64,000 nt of DNA from Phoronis australis. Lineage: Eukaryota > Animalia > Phoronida. Below are positions 36,450-49,500 of the stretch, one piece after another. The notes under the pieces are model-generated. The model was not told where the DNA came from, searched no databases, and saw only the letters and a list, made by a program, of their open reading frames with translations. The translations under genes were made by a program, and so were the position numbers. The stretch is taken from the NCBI GenBank assembly GCA_002633005.1, contig NMRA01000362.1:372001-436000 (forward strand), written 5' to 3'. Within the stretch, counting starts at the first letter, position 1. Every line of letters begins with the position of its first letter.

Positions 36450-37510
36450 CTCCCCCCACCCCGAAAACGGTTTTGAACCTGTTCTTTTACACACGCAAAT
36501 AAGAGTAAAAGAATGAAACTTGGCCTAAATAGTGAAAAAAATGTTACTTTGCGAACGAAAAATACGAGCGTAAAATAACGAGCGTACAACTTCTTCAGTG
36601 ATCTCGTGACCCACAAACCAATTTCTCATTGGATATAACGATTAAGATCGTGAAACACGAGCGAAGTCTCAATCGTCATTACGAGCGTGTACTTCTGGAC
36701 GACACTTTCTCGCGAAGGGCACGTGATAATTATGCGCGTTGAATAATCACAGAAAGGTACTCGTTTAAGAAGCCTTTGGCGCCCCCTACTTTATCGCGTA
36801 CGACCCGCAAGGAATTTGCACTCAGTACCGGCACAGTTTCCGCAAAATACGAGTCAATCACTTGTGGGTCATTATCAGTCATGTTTCTATTGAGAAACAA
36901 CAGACGTCTAGAGAACACATCTATATGAACGACTACGCACCTGTTAATACAAAACCCATTTTGTTTTATTTTGCCGCACCTGCCCACATGTCAAATATAA
37001 CTAGGCCCTATGACCGACAAAGAAGTCGTTTTCTTCTTTGCCAAGCTCTCTATAGTGAGTCACCTTACTTTTGTGAGGTTTAAGTCATTTACATGGCATT
37101 TTTCTTCCAGTCAGCAATGGGAATGTTTTCTGTCTAGCAAATTCAATTGAACACTAGTCTTGGTATTTCAAGCCCATCGCAAAGTAAACTCGAACATATT
37201 CATGTCTCTAACTATCACCTTGCACGTTTTCTGAAGCGTCGTCCGGTTGCGCAAGCACAATGTGCAACACATTTGAAAGGGGACGCAATAACGTTTGCGG
37301 AGAATCGCAAACTTTTTGCAAGAGAACGTTAAATATTTGAAGGGAAATGCCAAAATCTTGTTTTTTGCATCAAGTTCTTTCAGAAGATCGGTATTTGAAG
37401 TTTTGAGAGTGATATTCTTTATTTTATTTTATTTATTTTATTTTATTTGTTCAAAATTTGACGCCCTTCAGCTTTATGAATGATCCCTTGCTTCGTTTTG
37501 TATTTTGCAG

Positions 37511-37692
37511 GATAACTCCACCGTTTTTCCTATAACGACATCTACTGCAACATCTGAAAACATCGTAAGATCTGAAGAGATTCAGACGACAGAAGCACTA
37601 CCACCCGACATCAACACGACAGCAAGCAACAACGCGAGCACTCAGGACAGAGCGGATTACAATGAGAAGGCACTTTCTGGTTGGAAAGGAAT
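37511..37692 (+). CDS. GPCR N-terminal ectodomain exon (S/T-rich, N-glycosylation sequons)
   Basis: Acceptor ttttgtattttgcag. Reads DNSTVFPITTSTATSE...NTTASNNAST...WKG. Donor AT|GTACGT is phase 2 and matches the phase-2 acceptor at 39254 (split codon ATA). Confidence 0.8.
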
Positions 37693-37743
37693 GTACGTTT
37701 TGTCTGAGACATATATTTGCTTACGCAATTTTTAAGCGTTCAG

Positions 37744-38175
37744 TGCCCGGTTGCATGAAACAGTCCCAAATAGGGACTCAACTAAGTTCCCTAAATCTAC
37801 TGCGTACTTGTGGGCTTTTGACAACATTGACTGGCCTTTCTTTTGCTTTTTAAGTCTCCTTACGTAGTCTATTTTTGGCTTTGATACAAATCGAGATATA
37901 ACTCTACGTTGTCTTGTTATTATCATTATTGAACATAAGTAGGGATCTTTTCATGCAACGTCCTAATTTAAGGACTAAGTCCCCAATTATTTTGACTGAA
38001 TTAAGGGCTCTGTTTTTAGTTACATTATTTGGAAATGTCTTTGGACAAAGAGTAGCTTATGATAAAGATAAATTATAGAAAAATATTAGGTCTGTGAGTA
38101 AACTACAAAAAATATGCAAAAGATTTATGTAACTTAGTTGAGTCCCTGTTTGGGACTTTTTCATGCAACTGAGCA
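37744..38175. mobile_element. PIF/Harbinger-like MITE in the GPCR intron
   Basis: TIR of about 45 bp, tgcccggttgcatgaaacagtcccaaatagggactcaactaagtt, with its reverse complement at 38131-38175. 3-bp TSD cag/cag. Confidence 0.85.
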
Positions 38176-39253
38176 CAGATCTCCAAGCAGAACAACGTGT
38201 GTGTGCTTGTTCGTAAATGCATATAAGTTAATGTGAAAATTAATTTTTGTGCGTGGTATATATCAATCATTGCACGCTTTTAACTTGGTCCCTTCTAGTA
38301 AAATTGCATGGATTTTACAACAGTGATTACGTTGTGTAACCCCTTGAAGGAATGAGAGACGATTGAAACGGATATAGTCCTACCGTCAGTCACAGACAAA
38401 CAACTTTTGATTCACACCACTTTCCGCTATGGTATTGTTTTCAAATTGTTTCCTTTTCAAAAAAGATTCCATTTCTGTGCTTCGAAGGAACGGACAGTTC
38501 GTAATTGCTTGAAACGAGGCTCTACAAGCTCACTCGTCCCATCGTGTCATTTCATACGCCGAAAATGATTTCGAAGAATGACGAATTTCAGTTTTTTTCA
38601 AGAAGGAGACCAACTTTATAGCTGTACGCTGTGTAAAAAAAACAAAAGTTAGTTTCTTCAAAGAAATGCAGGTTCTTAGCTGCTCTAAATGAAACCCATC
38701 TGATTGTGCTCCCTACAAATTAGGACTTTTTGGTAACCATGAACACAGCTTCATATCTCTTCTTGTTTTCTTTCTTTTGTTTTTTGTTTCCTCGCTCTCT
38801 CGACTGGGAAATTGGTTGTATTGAGTTTACCCTCAATGTTGCATGACCATTGAAATTTCATTTGGCGCCTGATGCTTGGACTGTGACATGCAGGAATTTA
38901 TGATTTCCCCAGCTGTAGGCCTATAGCTAAGTCTTAACCTTTCAACAGCGAGGGCTGGCATATCGTCGTCTAGGTGTACTTCAAAGTATTAATCTTAAGT
39001 TAAAATTTCGTTTCAAAGATTTCACTTGAAAACAATGTATTAAATGCATGACATCATGAAATATTTTCACGGGTTGAAATGGTATAACCTTTTCAATTTC
39101 ACTGTATGCAGCAAATGTGGTAAAAACAGCGTTAAATAGTGTGCAACTGTCAAAATGTCGTCCAATAAGCTCTTTAAGTCAATACCATATGAAGAAGACC
39201 TTGAACTCCGAACATTTTGCAATGTATTAAATCCTATTTATAACTACTTCCAG

Positions 39254-40469
39254 AAATGGCGGCGATAACTGTTCTGTGCCATACAGTCAAATAAGCGATT
39301 TAGAAGGGAAAAACATCACAGAAAAGGAACGAAAGTCTTGGCCGTGCGAACTGCGAGAGTACTGGAAGTCGCTCGAACTCTTTAAACGGGTTAACAATGT
39401 CTTGTTGTCTTATGGTACAGTAGCCGTGGTGTTGACCGGCATAATCTGTAACATGATGGCGCTGCGGACGCTACTGAACCCGAAAATGAGATTCACTACA
39501 TCTCACATGTATTTGAGCGCACTTGCCGTATTTGACACCGGAAACCTGCTTTTTAATTTCTTAGTGGGTGTCTTGCGAGGGCAGAGTCTCGCAATAAACG
39601 CCGTTTTCCAGGGTAGTGAAGCTTTGTGTATGATCCATTCAGTTTTTGTTGAACTATTTAATCTGTTAGGACCTTGGATTATTGTGTGTTTTACCGTCGA
39701 AAGGTTCATCTGTGTCCATTATCCCCTGAAGGTCAGTCAATTTTGCTCGCACAAAAGAGCACGAAACACTATCGTCGGTGTCACCCTATTTATATTCGCA
39801 TTTTCTTGTCACAAATTACTCGTGTCGGGCTTCGAGGGTGACAGTGTATTTGGTTACAAGGCATGTAAAACAAACCGGATGAAATCAGGTGAACTGATCT
39901 ACTTCTATGTCGCTTTAAGCACGTGGTTGCCCTCGCTGGCCATCATGATTCTAAATGTGTGTATACTCATCAGAGTCCGGAAGTCGGGCAAGGAAAGGCG
40001 ACAGATGGCGTCACAGCAAAACAAGTGCGAACTAAACAGAGCTAAACATCAAGAGAGCAAACTTACCACGATGCTTCTTGTCGTGTCGTCTGCATACTTA
40101 ATACTTGTCATTCCGCTAGGTGTCCTCCAGTCTGCAGAGATCACGTGGAAAACTCTCGGTGTAGATCCCTCCTTCGAAGAACCCCAGAAAAGCCTCTACG
40201 TACACTACATGTCTGTCAAGTTTCTCTTGAAATGTATTCGCACATTTTGTTTCTTTTTTTACCAACTTAATTTCTCAATCAACTTCTTTCTTTATCTTCT
40301 TTCTGGCGACAAGTTTCGCGAGGTGCTCAATCAGCAGTACTCGTGTTGCCACTCTTCGTTTACTTATACGTCGCGCGCCACAAGTGAGGATCATTTCCCA
40401 GGCTCTACGGACAGTATCCGGTCAAAGACCACTACCTTTTCCATGAGCACCACTGACGTTAGGCAGTGA
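39254..40469 (+). CDS. Class A (rhodopsin-like) peptide GPCR, 7TM exon; FMRFamide/sex-peptide-receptor/GPR139-GPR142-like group
   Basis: Seven hydrophobic segments with TM1 GIICN, TM2 LAVFD, a TM3 Cys and FTVERF..V.YPL, TM5 LP, TM6 P, TM7 NFSINFFLY and helix 8 KFR. Acceptor cttccag at 39253; stop TGA ends at 40469. Confidence 0.95.
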
Positions 40470-40849
40470 CCAATTGGAATCATGTTCAAACATTCCAACA
40501 CACTTTTTGAGTGTGAGGACGTTAGAATAGCATTACAACTCATCTATACCAACATAACGTCGATCCTTGGCAATAACCAGCATCGTGAAGACATTCAGCA
40601 CTGGCTACTGGTTTTTTACAGTATAGAGTCCACTCTGCCCGAGCTCTCTTTTGCATAAGGTACAAAGAGACTGAAAAGGTGCACACAATTCAATGCTATA
40701 TGCTTACAGTCAAAAGTTATATTGAGAACAGGTCAAGAGGACCAATTTCAATGAAATATTATATAGGAATGGACCAGTTATTAGGTCCCCTTTGAGCTCC
40801 ATTCCGACCACATAACCCAAGAAAAGCAATAAGAGTTAACATGTGACTG

Positions 40850-41090
40850 AGGAGGCAATGTGGCCTAGTGTGGCGGTGCATGCCTTTTTTCTCGAGGTCG
40901 TGGGTTCGAGTCCCACTGGGCCACACTGCTAGACCCTTGAGTGATGTTTCAAGCCCCTCAGCTCGGTTTTAACTACATATTAATAAAGCACAAAAATAGT
41001 GCTAAGTGATCAGTGCTATAGGCGCACATGCGCGGCCTGCGCACGTCTGGTACAACGTGTACCAGACCGCCTGCAATTATTTTTTTATTA
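40850..41090 (+). mobile_element. tRNA-derived SINE with 13-bp TSD
   Basis: A box tggcctagtgtgg (40861), B box ggttcgagtcc (40903), 3' hairpin gtctggtaca-acg-tgtaccagac and a TTA-rich tail. TSD taacatgtgactg (40837-40849) / taacatttgactg (41091-41103). Confidence 0.88.
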
Positions 41091-42684
41091 TAACATTTGA
41101 CTGTCGTAAAATTAAAACAGTGGAGCTCTCAATATCACTTGAACAATAACTGCAGCCATTACTCAAATTGACGGATGACGTTAAGTTAAGATGGTGGCGT
41201 CAGTGCAACAACCGTCCTACCTGAATATGGGTAGCGTTCTGTAGATCACGTTTCTTGCTAGAAAGATGAGATCGCGCAGGACCAATCAAAATCACGCGAG
41301 CCAAAGGTGTTGCGCGAGTATGCTCGAGACCTTATCAGTGTAGCCTAACAAAATGGCGGAGACTGAAGTGATTGGACGATGTGGTTGGAATGTTTGGTTC
41401 CGATCGAATTTATATTTTATGGGGTAGAACTGTTTCCGTTCCATAACCGAGGACATCTCGTTGCAATTTCATTCATTGGGACTATGGGACTACGGATCGC
41501 AGCCCAGTATAAATGCATGCATTCAGATAGTCACGCGGGACGCTAGGTCTACCGAGGGCCCCCATACCGACTAAAAGCTTTCTCTGACCTGTCATTTTAT
41601 TCGGCTGTTAAACAGAGTGACCTTTTTTCATTAATCAGTCAAGTAAGCACAAAATTTCCCACTTTTCGTTACCATCGCTCACAATTAAAAGGTCAAAATT
41701 ATTCGCCACTGCTGGCCAATTCTACTGCATTGGAATATAAAGGAAGGGGTAGAATTCAGCCTTGGCTCCAACAAACAACTGAATGTCTCACATTCCCAGC
41801 CTTTAATGACAATCAGTGCCATCTTCTGAAGTAGTAATAAGACTATTTTGCAGGTTTAAAACACAGTGATTCAGCGATTCTGTTTTACATGTTATGGACT
41901 AAAAAACATTATTTCTGTGGCTAGGTTTACTGCCTCAAAGTTAATCTGTTCGACTTCAACTTTAGCAAAATTATTATTTCCGTCTCATCATCACTGAAAG
42001 TAGTCAAGGGAATAAATCTTAACATTTTACTGTACCCCTGAATTTCTTTATGGGCGGAAATGACGGCAAATATAGACCCTATGTCAACCGTGTTGTCAAA
42101 TGTTTTCGCCAACTAAAGATACCTCAGTACGGTAATTTTTCATTGTTTCCTTGTTGTACTAATTCCCGACCAGTGTAAAAAATCAATTTAAATGATACAC
42201 CTTGGTAAGTGTATTAGAACTTGTATAGTGCACATTGTTAGTAAGCATGCGCATGCGCAATAATACTTTATTTTTCTTAAAGGGTAAACTTGTTGATGGG
42301 TATGAATGTGGCTCCGCTTGAACTGATATAAAATGGTGATGCGTTAGTAACGTTGCTTGAAATGATATTCCATGCTCTTCACTGAGTCGGGATTCTTTCA
42401 GTGTTCGTGGAGATAACAAATCTTCCTCTTAGCAAATTCTAACGTTGGCACTAAAAGGAAATTTATCTCACCTACCCGACATCTTTGTCTATTTCTTTCC
42501 AGCGATGACAGTTTCAATAGTTTTTGTTTGCTGAAGTAGCGTGGTATTTCCCCAGCTGTAATGGCTTGAAGAGAACTTTGGATACATGGAATGAGAAAAA
42601 ACGTTAGTTTCCACTGATTATGATTCCTGGTATTTATATTTTTGAGTATTTTTGTAAACATGTGGAACACCCTGTATGCATATA

Positions 42685-42875
42685 CAGTGCTGTAATGGTA
42701 AATTTAGAGGTAGGTAGGCGCTCAATGCCCACGGTATCACCTTGATTTGAGCACTAATTTTTAAAAGTTTACTGTATTCGCATTATAACGCAACTTACGG
42801 TGCGTAGGCGCTACGTTTGAATGCCAAAAGGTGATTGGCTGCGCCTACGTGCGCCTACGCCCCACTACAGCACTG
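42685..42875. mobile_element. hAT-type MITE with 8-bp TSD
   Basis: TIR cagtgctgtaatgg / ccactacagcactg. TSD tgcatata / tgcatatg. Confidence 0.85.
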
Positions 42876-43130
42876 TGCATATGTGTGTGTGTTTGTTTAT
42901 GTGCGTATTTATGTGTGCATGTATGTACGTATGTGTGTATGTCTGTATGTATGTGTGTGTGCATGTATGTATGTATGTGTGTATGTATGTATATGTGTGT
43001 ACGTGTTTAGTATGTGTGTGTGCATATGTGGGTATGCATACATGTATCGACGCATGCATGTATGTATTTATGTATATATGTACATGTATGTACGTATGTA
43101 TGCATGTACGCATATATTTTTATGTCTGGA
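42876..43130 (+). repeat. Compound (TG)/(TATG)n microsatellite
   Basis: Low-complexity tatg/tgtg tract. It explains the spurious CVY-rich ORFs. Confidence 0.9.
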
Positions 43131-45067
43131 GACTTACATGGTTGCTAAGGAATGTTTTTGCGCTGCACAAAGCCTTAAGATAACAATATGTGATTACGTA
43201 AATGATGTATTACGCAATCGAGAGTGAACAGTTGTTATGCCTCAGGTATCGTATGTTGTTAGTCATTTTACAGCTTTTTCGGACTCCTGCGTGTGCTCAG
43301 GATGAAGAACAATGCGTCTTGTGTGACCATACGCATTGCGCATTTAAGAAGATTCGTAAAAGACCCATGTCCCTGATTTTGATTGTTTTGATTTGAAGGT
43401 CTGTTTATAATGTTACGTTAGAATACTGCCTGTGAACAATTGCTATTAAAGTTGTTGGTTAGAGGCTTCGTGGATTCGATCGCATGGCTATTTTACATGT
43501 ATGTGGCTCAAGAAGACCTTGAATTTATAATACCTTAGAAATTAAGTGTAAATGTGGTTGATGTTCTTTGAAATGCGAGATCTCGTGATCTAATTTTAGT
43601 CTGTGATATTGTTAAGGAGCAATTTGTCACTAATTGTTTCTGTTGTTATGTAAATGTCCTGAAATCGTGCGATATATTGTACAATCAGTATCCCAAGGCT
43701 AATCAGACCATTGTTGATTGCAAGTAAAGCGACTGAGTTCGCGGTGTATCACAGACAATCAAGAATTTTCAAAAAGAGAATTGAAAGATTTTTGTTGGAA
43801 CTACCTTCAACATGGCTTAGCTGTTTTCTCATTGTGCTTGAGACAAGTTTCATGGTGAAGACAACGATTTAGTGCCGTACCCTGCCAGACAATCTCTGAA
43901 ATGTGGCCTGTGTATATTGTATTTCAACACTGTAGACTATTGCTCTATACATGTATTCTGAATGTTAGATAAAATTGTCATAATTTGTTGTTATCTTTAT
44001 AGGGTTAACGTTTACAAAATACAGTAATGTTTTTATTACGCCTCTCTTTTATTCGTTTAACTTTGACAGCACGCTGCATTATTGACATTAAAAAGTGGAT
44101 GACCTGTCTCGTTAACCTAGCTGGTATGAGAACAAAAACTCAAAAAATGAACTTGGTTGAACGATATAGTTTGTGTAGAACTAATTGGTAGCATTTTGTC
44201 GACAAGTCTGTACTTAGCCAAATATCTACAAAACTATACACTTGAACTTAGTAAAAGTATACATTTTCTGAAAGTAGACAGCTTTTAAAGTTTGATTTTT
44301 GGCTTTTTGCCAATCTGCAATAAAAAGTGTTTTGATAACAAAACCACGGTATCAATCGGTATCAATGACATTGATAAAATTTCGTTTGACATAAACGTTC
44401 ATGGTGAAAACTCAAAATTTGTTTTCATTTGTCCAACTTCTGATTTTGTCTCATGAATGTCATCAAAATCCTAGTTTTGATATCCCTCGTGCAAAACTGG
44501 AACATTCTTAAAGCGATAACCGACAGCGTTTTGGAGAAAAGTGCGTAAAACATAGTATCTCAAAGTTCCATGTGTGGCCTATCAGCCATTACTGAGATAT
44601 GATTTCCGAAAATAGCCAGATTTGGACATTTTCTAGGGTTCTATATAACCTAACAAGTATAAGGACCAAAACCCATCTTTTCCGTTCATTCCACAAGAAC
44701 TACAATAAATGTGTCATAATAGATCATCTGATTAGATACATTCTCATTCCCGTAAATGTACGTACTTAGATTCATGCGCCTGTATCCAACATAACGTGCT
44801 TTCCAAAAGGAATCCTGAAATGTTTCGCATAGGCGCATGCGCCGCCTCTTGTGTATTCAAAAGCCTTGAAACCAAATATTTCGTGTGTCTCGTGGTCATT
44901 CTTAAAATAATCCTCATTTGAATAGCACGTGAACGTCAAGCGTATTTTCAATGTGGCAGACAATATTTTGGAAACGTTATGGGTAGTCCGCGGTGGGCGC
45001 GCTCGTTCGATAAGAAGTGCGTCTATTTTCGTGTGACGTTATCATGTACATTACTACACATCGTATA

Positions 45068-45274
45068 CATGCGTGCACCCAGCCTAAAAAATGTGGGGCT
45101 CGAATTTTTGAGAATGTAGAATTTTTACTAAGATTCACTCGCCGAAATTTGGTAGTTCCTGCCTTTTTAGTGAACATTTTTCTAGGGTCCTGTATAACTT
45201 AATAAGTCTCGTTTTCTACTTTTTTCGGTGGCAGACTTTTTGCCCACTTCCCCAAATTGGGCAGCTCATTCGAG
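45068..45274 (+). mobile_element. MITE family A, right end truncated
   Basis: catgcgtgcacccagcct...ggggctcgaatt...cccacttcccaaattggg..gctcattcgag. Confidence 0.7.
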
Positions 45275-45359
45275 TAATACAAAAAAACATGTGCATTTAT
45301 TTCACAATCCTTAAACTACGAGGAAACCCATTTGTTAGGAATTTCTGTGAAAATGACAC

Positions 45360-46530
45360 CTTTTTCAGATTTCTCGTCCTTCAAAATACCTCAACATAGG
45401 CGCCTTTGAAAAAATGTGAAATTTTCGTGATCAACTTATTGAAAACCACTTCTAATTAAATCAATGATTGAAACCCTTTTGAAAATTGATCACTTTTGTT
45501 GCATAATGTCAATTTCATGTTTTAAAATCTTAGATTATATTAACAAGTCTACGGATTTTCTTACGTCGGCGTAAGAAAACTTTTTTTCTGGATTTTGAGT
45601 ACTTCGAATTTTAGCACGTTTTGGCTCCTACTCAAATCGTTGCTTCATTATCATTTTGTTTCCCACCACGTTTGGAATCAAACAAGAAAAAAGTATGGGC
45701 CACAGACTTAGTTTTTTAGCTATTTCATAACGAACAACATCAATGTCGATTGCGAAATTCGACCTTTTCGAAAGTGACCCAATTTAAAGATCACAGTTGG
45801 CCCGCTGAAATTCAGTAGATGCGGATTATGTGATTATGTTAATATATGTTAATGGAATTATGAAACAAATTTAGTTGATATGAACAATCCAAGAGTAGAA
45901 GTTTCTTTTTTGATAAATTCAAATTTGCTGTTTGAATTACTCACACTCCATGGTCTACATGTCGTTTTTCTAACTGTTTAGTATGACTTCATTGCGGAAT
46001 CTAATGTCGCGCCATGCTATTTAACGACACAAAACAGAAGCTCGGCTATCGGCATTTTTTCAAATTAAATAATCTTCTGTAATTTTTATCAAAACAATAT
46101 TCAAATGTTTTATGAAATAGTCAATGTGGTAAAACAACGACTGGTTTATGGCTTTTTTGGCAAACTGTGCGATTCTCTAATCTTTCCCTTGGTTTGCAGA
46201 AAACACGTTGGGTAGCAACATAAATCATGGAAGAAAACATTTAAAGGGGTAACATCTTATATGGAAAAAACCAAAACCCTAGAAAGGAAGGTACTCAAAG
46301 TCCAGAAAAAAATGTTTTCTTACGCATACGTAAGAAAATCAACAACCCGATGAAATTAAAACCGTTAAAACATAAAATTGATATAGTGCAAGGAAATTAA
46401 TTCGTATTCAAAAGAATTTTACTCATTAATTGAGTTAGAAGTGGCTTTTCAGTAACCTCACGTAAATATCACATTTTTTCCAAAAGTGCCTCTGTTTTGG
46501 CACTTATGGAAGGCAAAGACGAAAATACAA
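45360..46530. mobile_element. Non-autonomous DNA element with degenerate TIRs of about 240 bp
   Basis: 45365-45605 is inverted against 46288-46530 (ttttttctggattttgagtac / gtactcaaagtccagaaaaaa and gaaaaccacttctaa / ttagaagtggcttttc). Each arm contains a ttttcttacg..cgtaagaaaa palindrome. Confidence 0.7.
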
Positions 46531-49500
46531 AACATAAAAATTAAAAAATGAATGTTGAATTGAACCTGTTCCGATATCCCTGTAAGCAACTAATAGTATT
46601 CCTTTCAGCACAACAAACCGCAACAAAACGTGAAACGCTTCCGTGCAATTTTGGTGCACAAACGGTCTATTTTGTAGAGTTTAAGGTCAAAAAGTGAATT
46701 CTTCTTAAAGAGACTTAATCTGATTCTGGTGGAAAAAATGCCACCCATCTGAGCCGCACGTCCTGTATACAGCTCCAATTGCAATACCCAAGATATGACG
46801 CGAATGACTTTTTCAACACGCTTGGTTGTTTGTAGACATCAAGTACTTTTGCTTTGCCTTTTAGACCTTTAGTAAGAAAAGATGACGAATAGCACGGTCG
46901 ATCATTGCGTCAACAATATTGATAGCTTCTTGGATGTTTCTTTGATTATCTACACGTGTACTCTATGATTACTCTGCTCTAACAAAGTCATTTCTAGTCT
47001 AGTCATGTTGTCCAAGTTAACAACGTACGATTAAATACTATTCGTGGAACCGTAAGGACTTAACAGCGGAAGTTAAATTGTCTCAAAGACCTCTTGGCCT
47101 TGTATTGTATCGATTAAGCTACGATATCGATATCACGCCGACCTCTTCCCTTTTTAAGTGATTGAACGGATGCTACTAAGTGCTTGAGTTATTTATTAGG
47201 ATGTCCTCGGAACCGTCGTTGTTTATTTCTCTCCATGGACGTGACAGGAAATTCGTTCCCGTCATCTTTCTTCCATTGGTTCGAGTGAATTAATCGAAAC
47301 AAATATCCCTTAATTGGGACATATGTCACTGTTATCGCTTCTTTTATTAAATGTGGCCAAGGCTATCTTGTGTTCTAGTTGATAAAACAGTAATAGACGT
47401 GGTTTATGAGTACATTGGCACTGCGTTATGGTAACGAAATAAATCTGTGCCACTAGATTACATGCTGGATTTGCAACACGGAATTTCAGAAAAGGCTCTT
47501 AGTGAGAGACGTTGTAATCTTGGGAATTTTTATTTCAAGCGTATTGACATTAAAAATGGAAAACGATTACAGTGAGTGAGGGGTGACCAAATGTACAACA
47601 TGAGTCTATGGCCTTTACATGGAAAATAATTATTGCTAGCGGTTGATGGTTGCCACAACGTACCTTACAAAGTTATGGAAGGAAAATTGGGTAATTACGG
47701 AAACTTTCACAATATCCTGTAATAAATAGGTAAACAGACAAAATTATAGGAAATCACGGTATTTGCAGGATACAGTTAGCTACTCGTATGAACGATGTAT
47801 CTGACTACTTTACATGAACGTGTGATTAAAATACCGTAATTACCCGCCACTTTTGCCTTTTCACCACTAAACTGTGCTATTTTCTTTTTGTCACATGTAG
47901 CATCTTCAATAATTATCTGCCGCATCCGCTCCTAGCAAGCTGAAAATGAAACCAACTAGGGCAGGGCAACACAATTTCGAAGCCAGCAAACAAATGAAAC
48001 ACGCGGAAGTCCAGCGTGTTCTGAAAAACTGAATCTGAAGATTTTAATTAATTTCCGCTCAGCTAATGCCCTTGAACTTATTTCTGGAAATGTCTTACAC
48101 GTGCGCTTGGTTCACCGGGTTTAATTTGTTCGCGGAAACCAAAATATTTCATTAGGCGCCATGCGGCTAAATAAGCAAGTAAACAATTAGTGAACAAGAT
48201 ACACTGTGATGCGTTTCATAACTCAGGTGTTTTGCCGATTCTAACTTCCCTCGTATTAATGCATCCGTGTTGAATACTCACCTGGATATTTAGTGAACCT
48301 GTTCCACCCAAGGGAGGTGCACTGAAGCAAAAAGTGAAAATTGTTACAAAACTACTTCGTCTATCGACATAACACAGTATTTTTGAGTTTTCTTTAGAGT
48401 GGTACACAATCTTCCAGAAATTGAATAATGTCCTACGTTTGACTCATGGTGGAGTGCAGTCCAACTGTTTAGTGCTTAGCAAGTAGGCCTACGTTGAATG
48501 CTGAAGTTAGTTAGCTGGGGTTGATCACAATGAATNGGTCGAACTTATGGAACTCGACCCCCGCCCCTCGCACTCGGAATTTCGGGCTTGGAAAGAATTG
48601 ACATGTGGTTGTTTGAGACCACCAGCCTCTACAAGTTGGATTTTAAAGGGGTGTCCACTTATTCACCGATCATGATGAACTGTCAGTTCTTTACAAAAAT
48701 AAAAATCACTTCTCTTCTTAATTAAAAACAAGTCCTGGGCACAAGTTGAGACAAAAATTATAGCGGCTCATGTAAGTGGTATAAATCGAAAATTCATTTC
48801 TTGGGTGGAATGCGGACTTAAAGCCGTTTTAAGTACCTCTGATTTTCATTTTAGGCGTGAGAAGTTCAACTGTTATAAATGTGCATACGACAAGTGACGT
48901 TGTAGACATGTTACGTGTAACCGCATGTAAATTGATGTGTTGAGCAAGTGTTCTGAACTACTTTAGGGACTCGTACGAAAAAATTGCCCTTTTCGACACG
49001 CATTGTTTACGGAAACACGTCAACTTACTTCAACCGCGTCAGCCAGTGTAAGTTGCTGCATACGGAAGTGATGTCGACAAGCAAAAATTTCTCGAATTCA
49101 TAAATTAGGGTTGGTCACCCATTTTAAATTCTTTAATCGCTGATCGTTTTGATGTTTTGTTGATAAGGAGAATCAAGTGCGATCATGGTAGGGATTATTG
49201 CGAGACCAATTTTATGAGCTAAAGTGGCCTAACGTGTGTAATTTGTTTTCTGACAGCTAAATAAAGAGGAAATGCAAGTTAAAGTTACAACATTATTCTG
49301 TTCGTATGTAATTAATACCCTGTCAAGTAACCAAGAGAAAAGCTCGCGTGATCGCGTGTTTTGCTTGTAATTCATGGCAAATATGTTACGAAGTTTTGTG
49401 TCATCTTGCGTTTTTGGGAAATTCATACGTCGACACTCAGCGCACCACCGATTTAGAAAACTGAGTTGTCTCTGGCAAATCATAAACTTCGGCAAACCGT

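Noticed and set aside
40850-40925. tRNA gene
   Set aside because: No complete cloverleaf, an internal T6 run, and a tail with TSD indicate a SINE.
42821-43227. Cys/Val/Tyr-rich ORFs
   Set aside because: Translation of the TATG/TG microsatellite.
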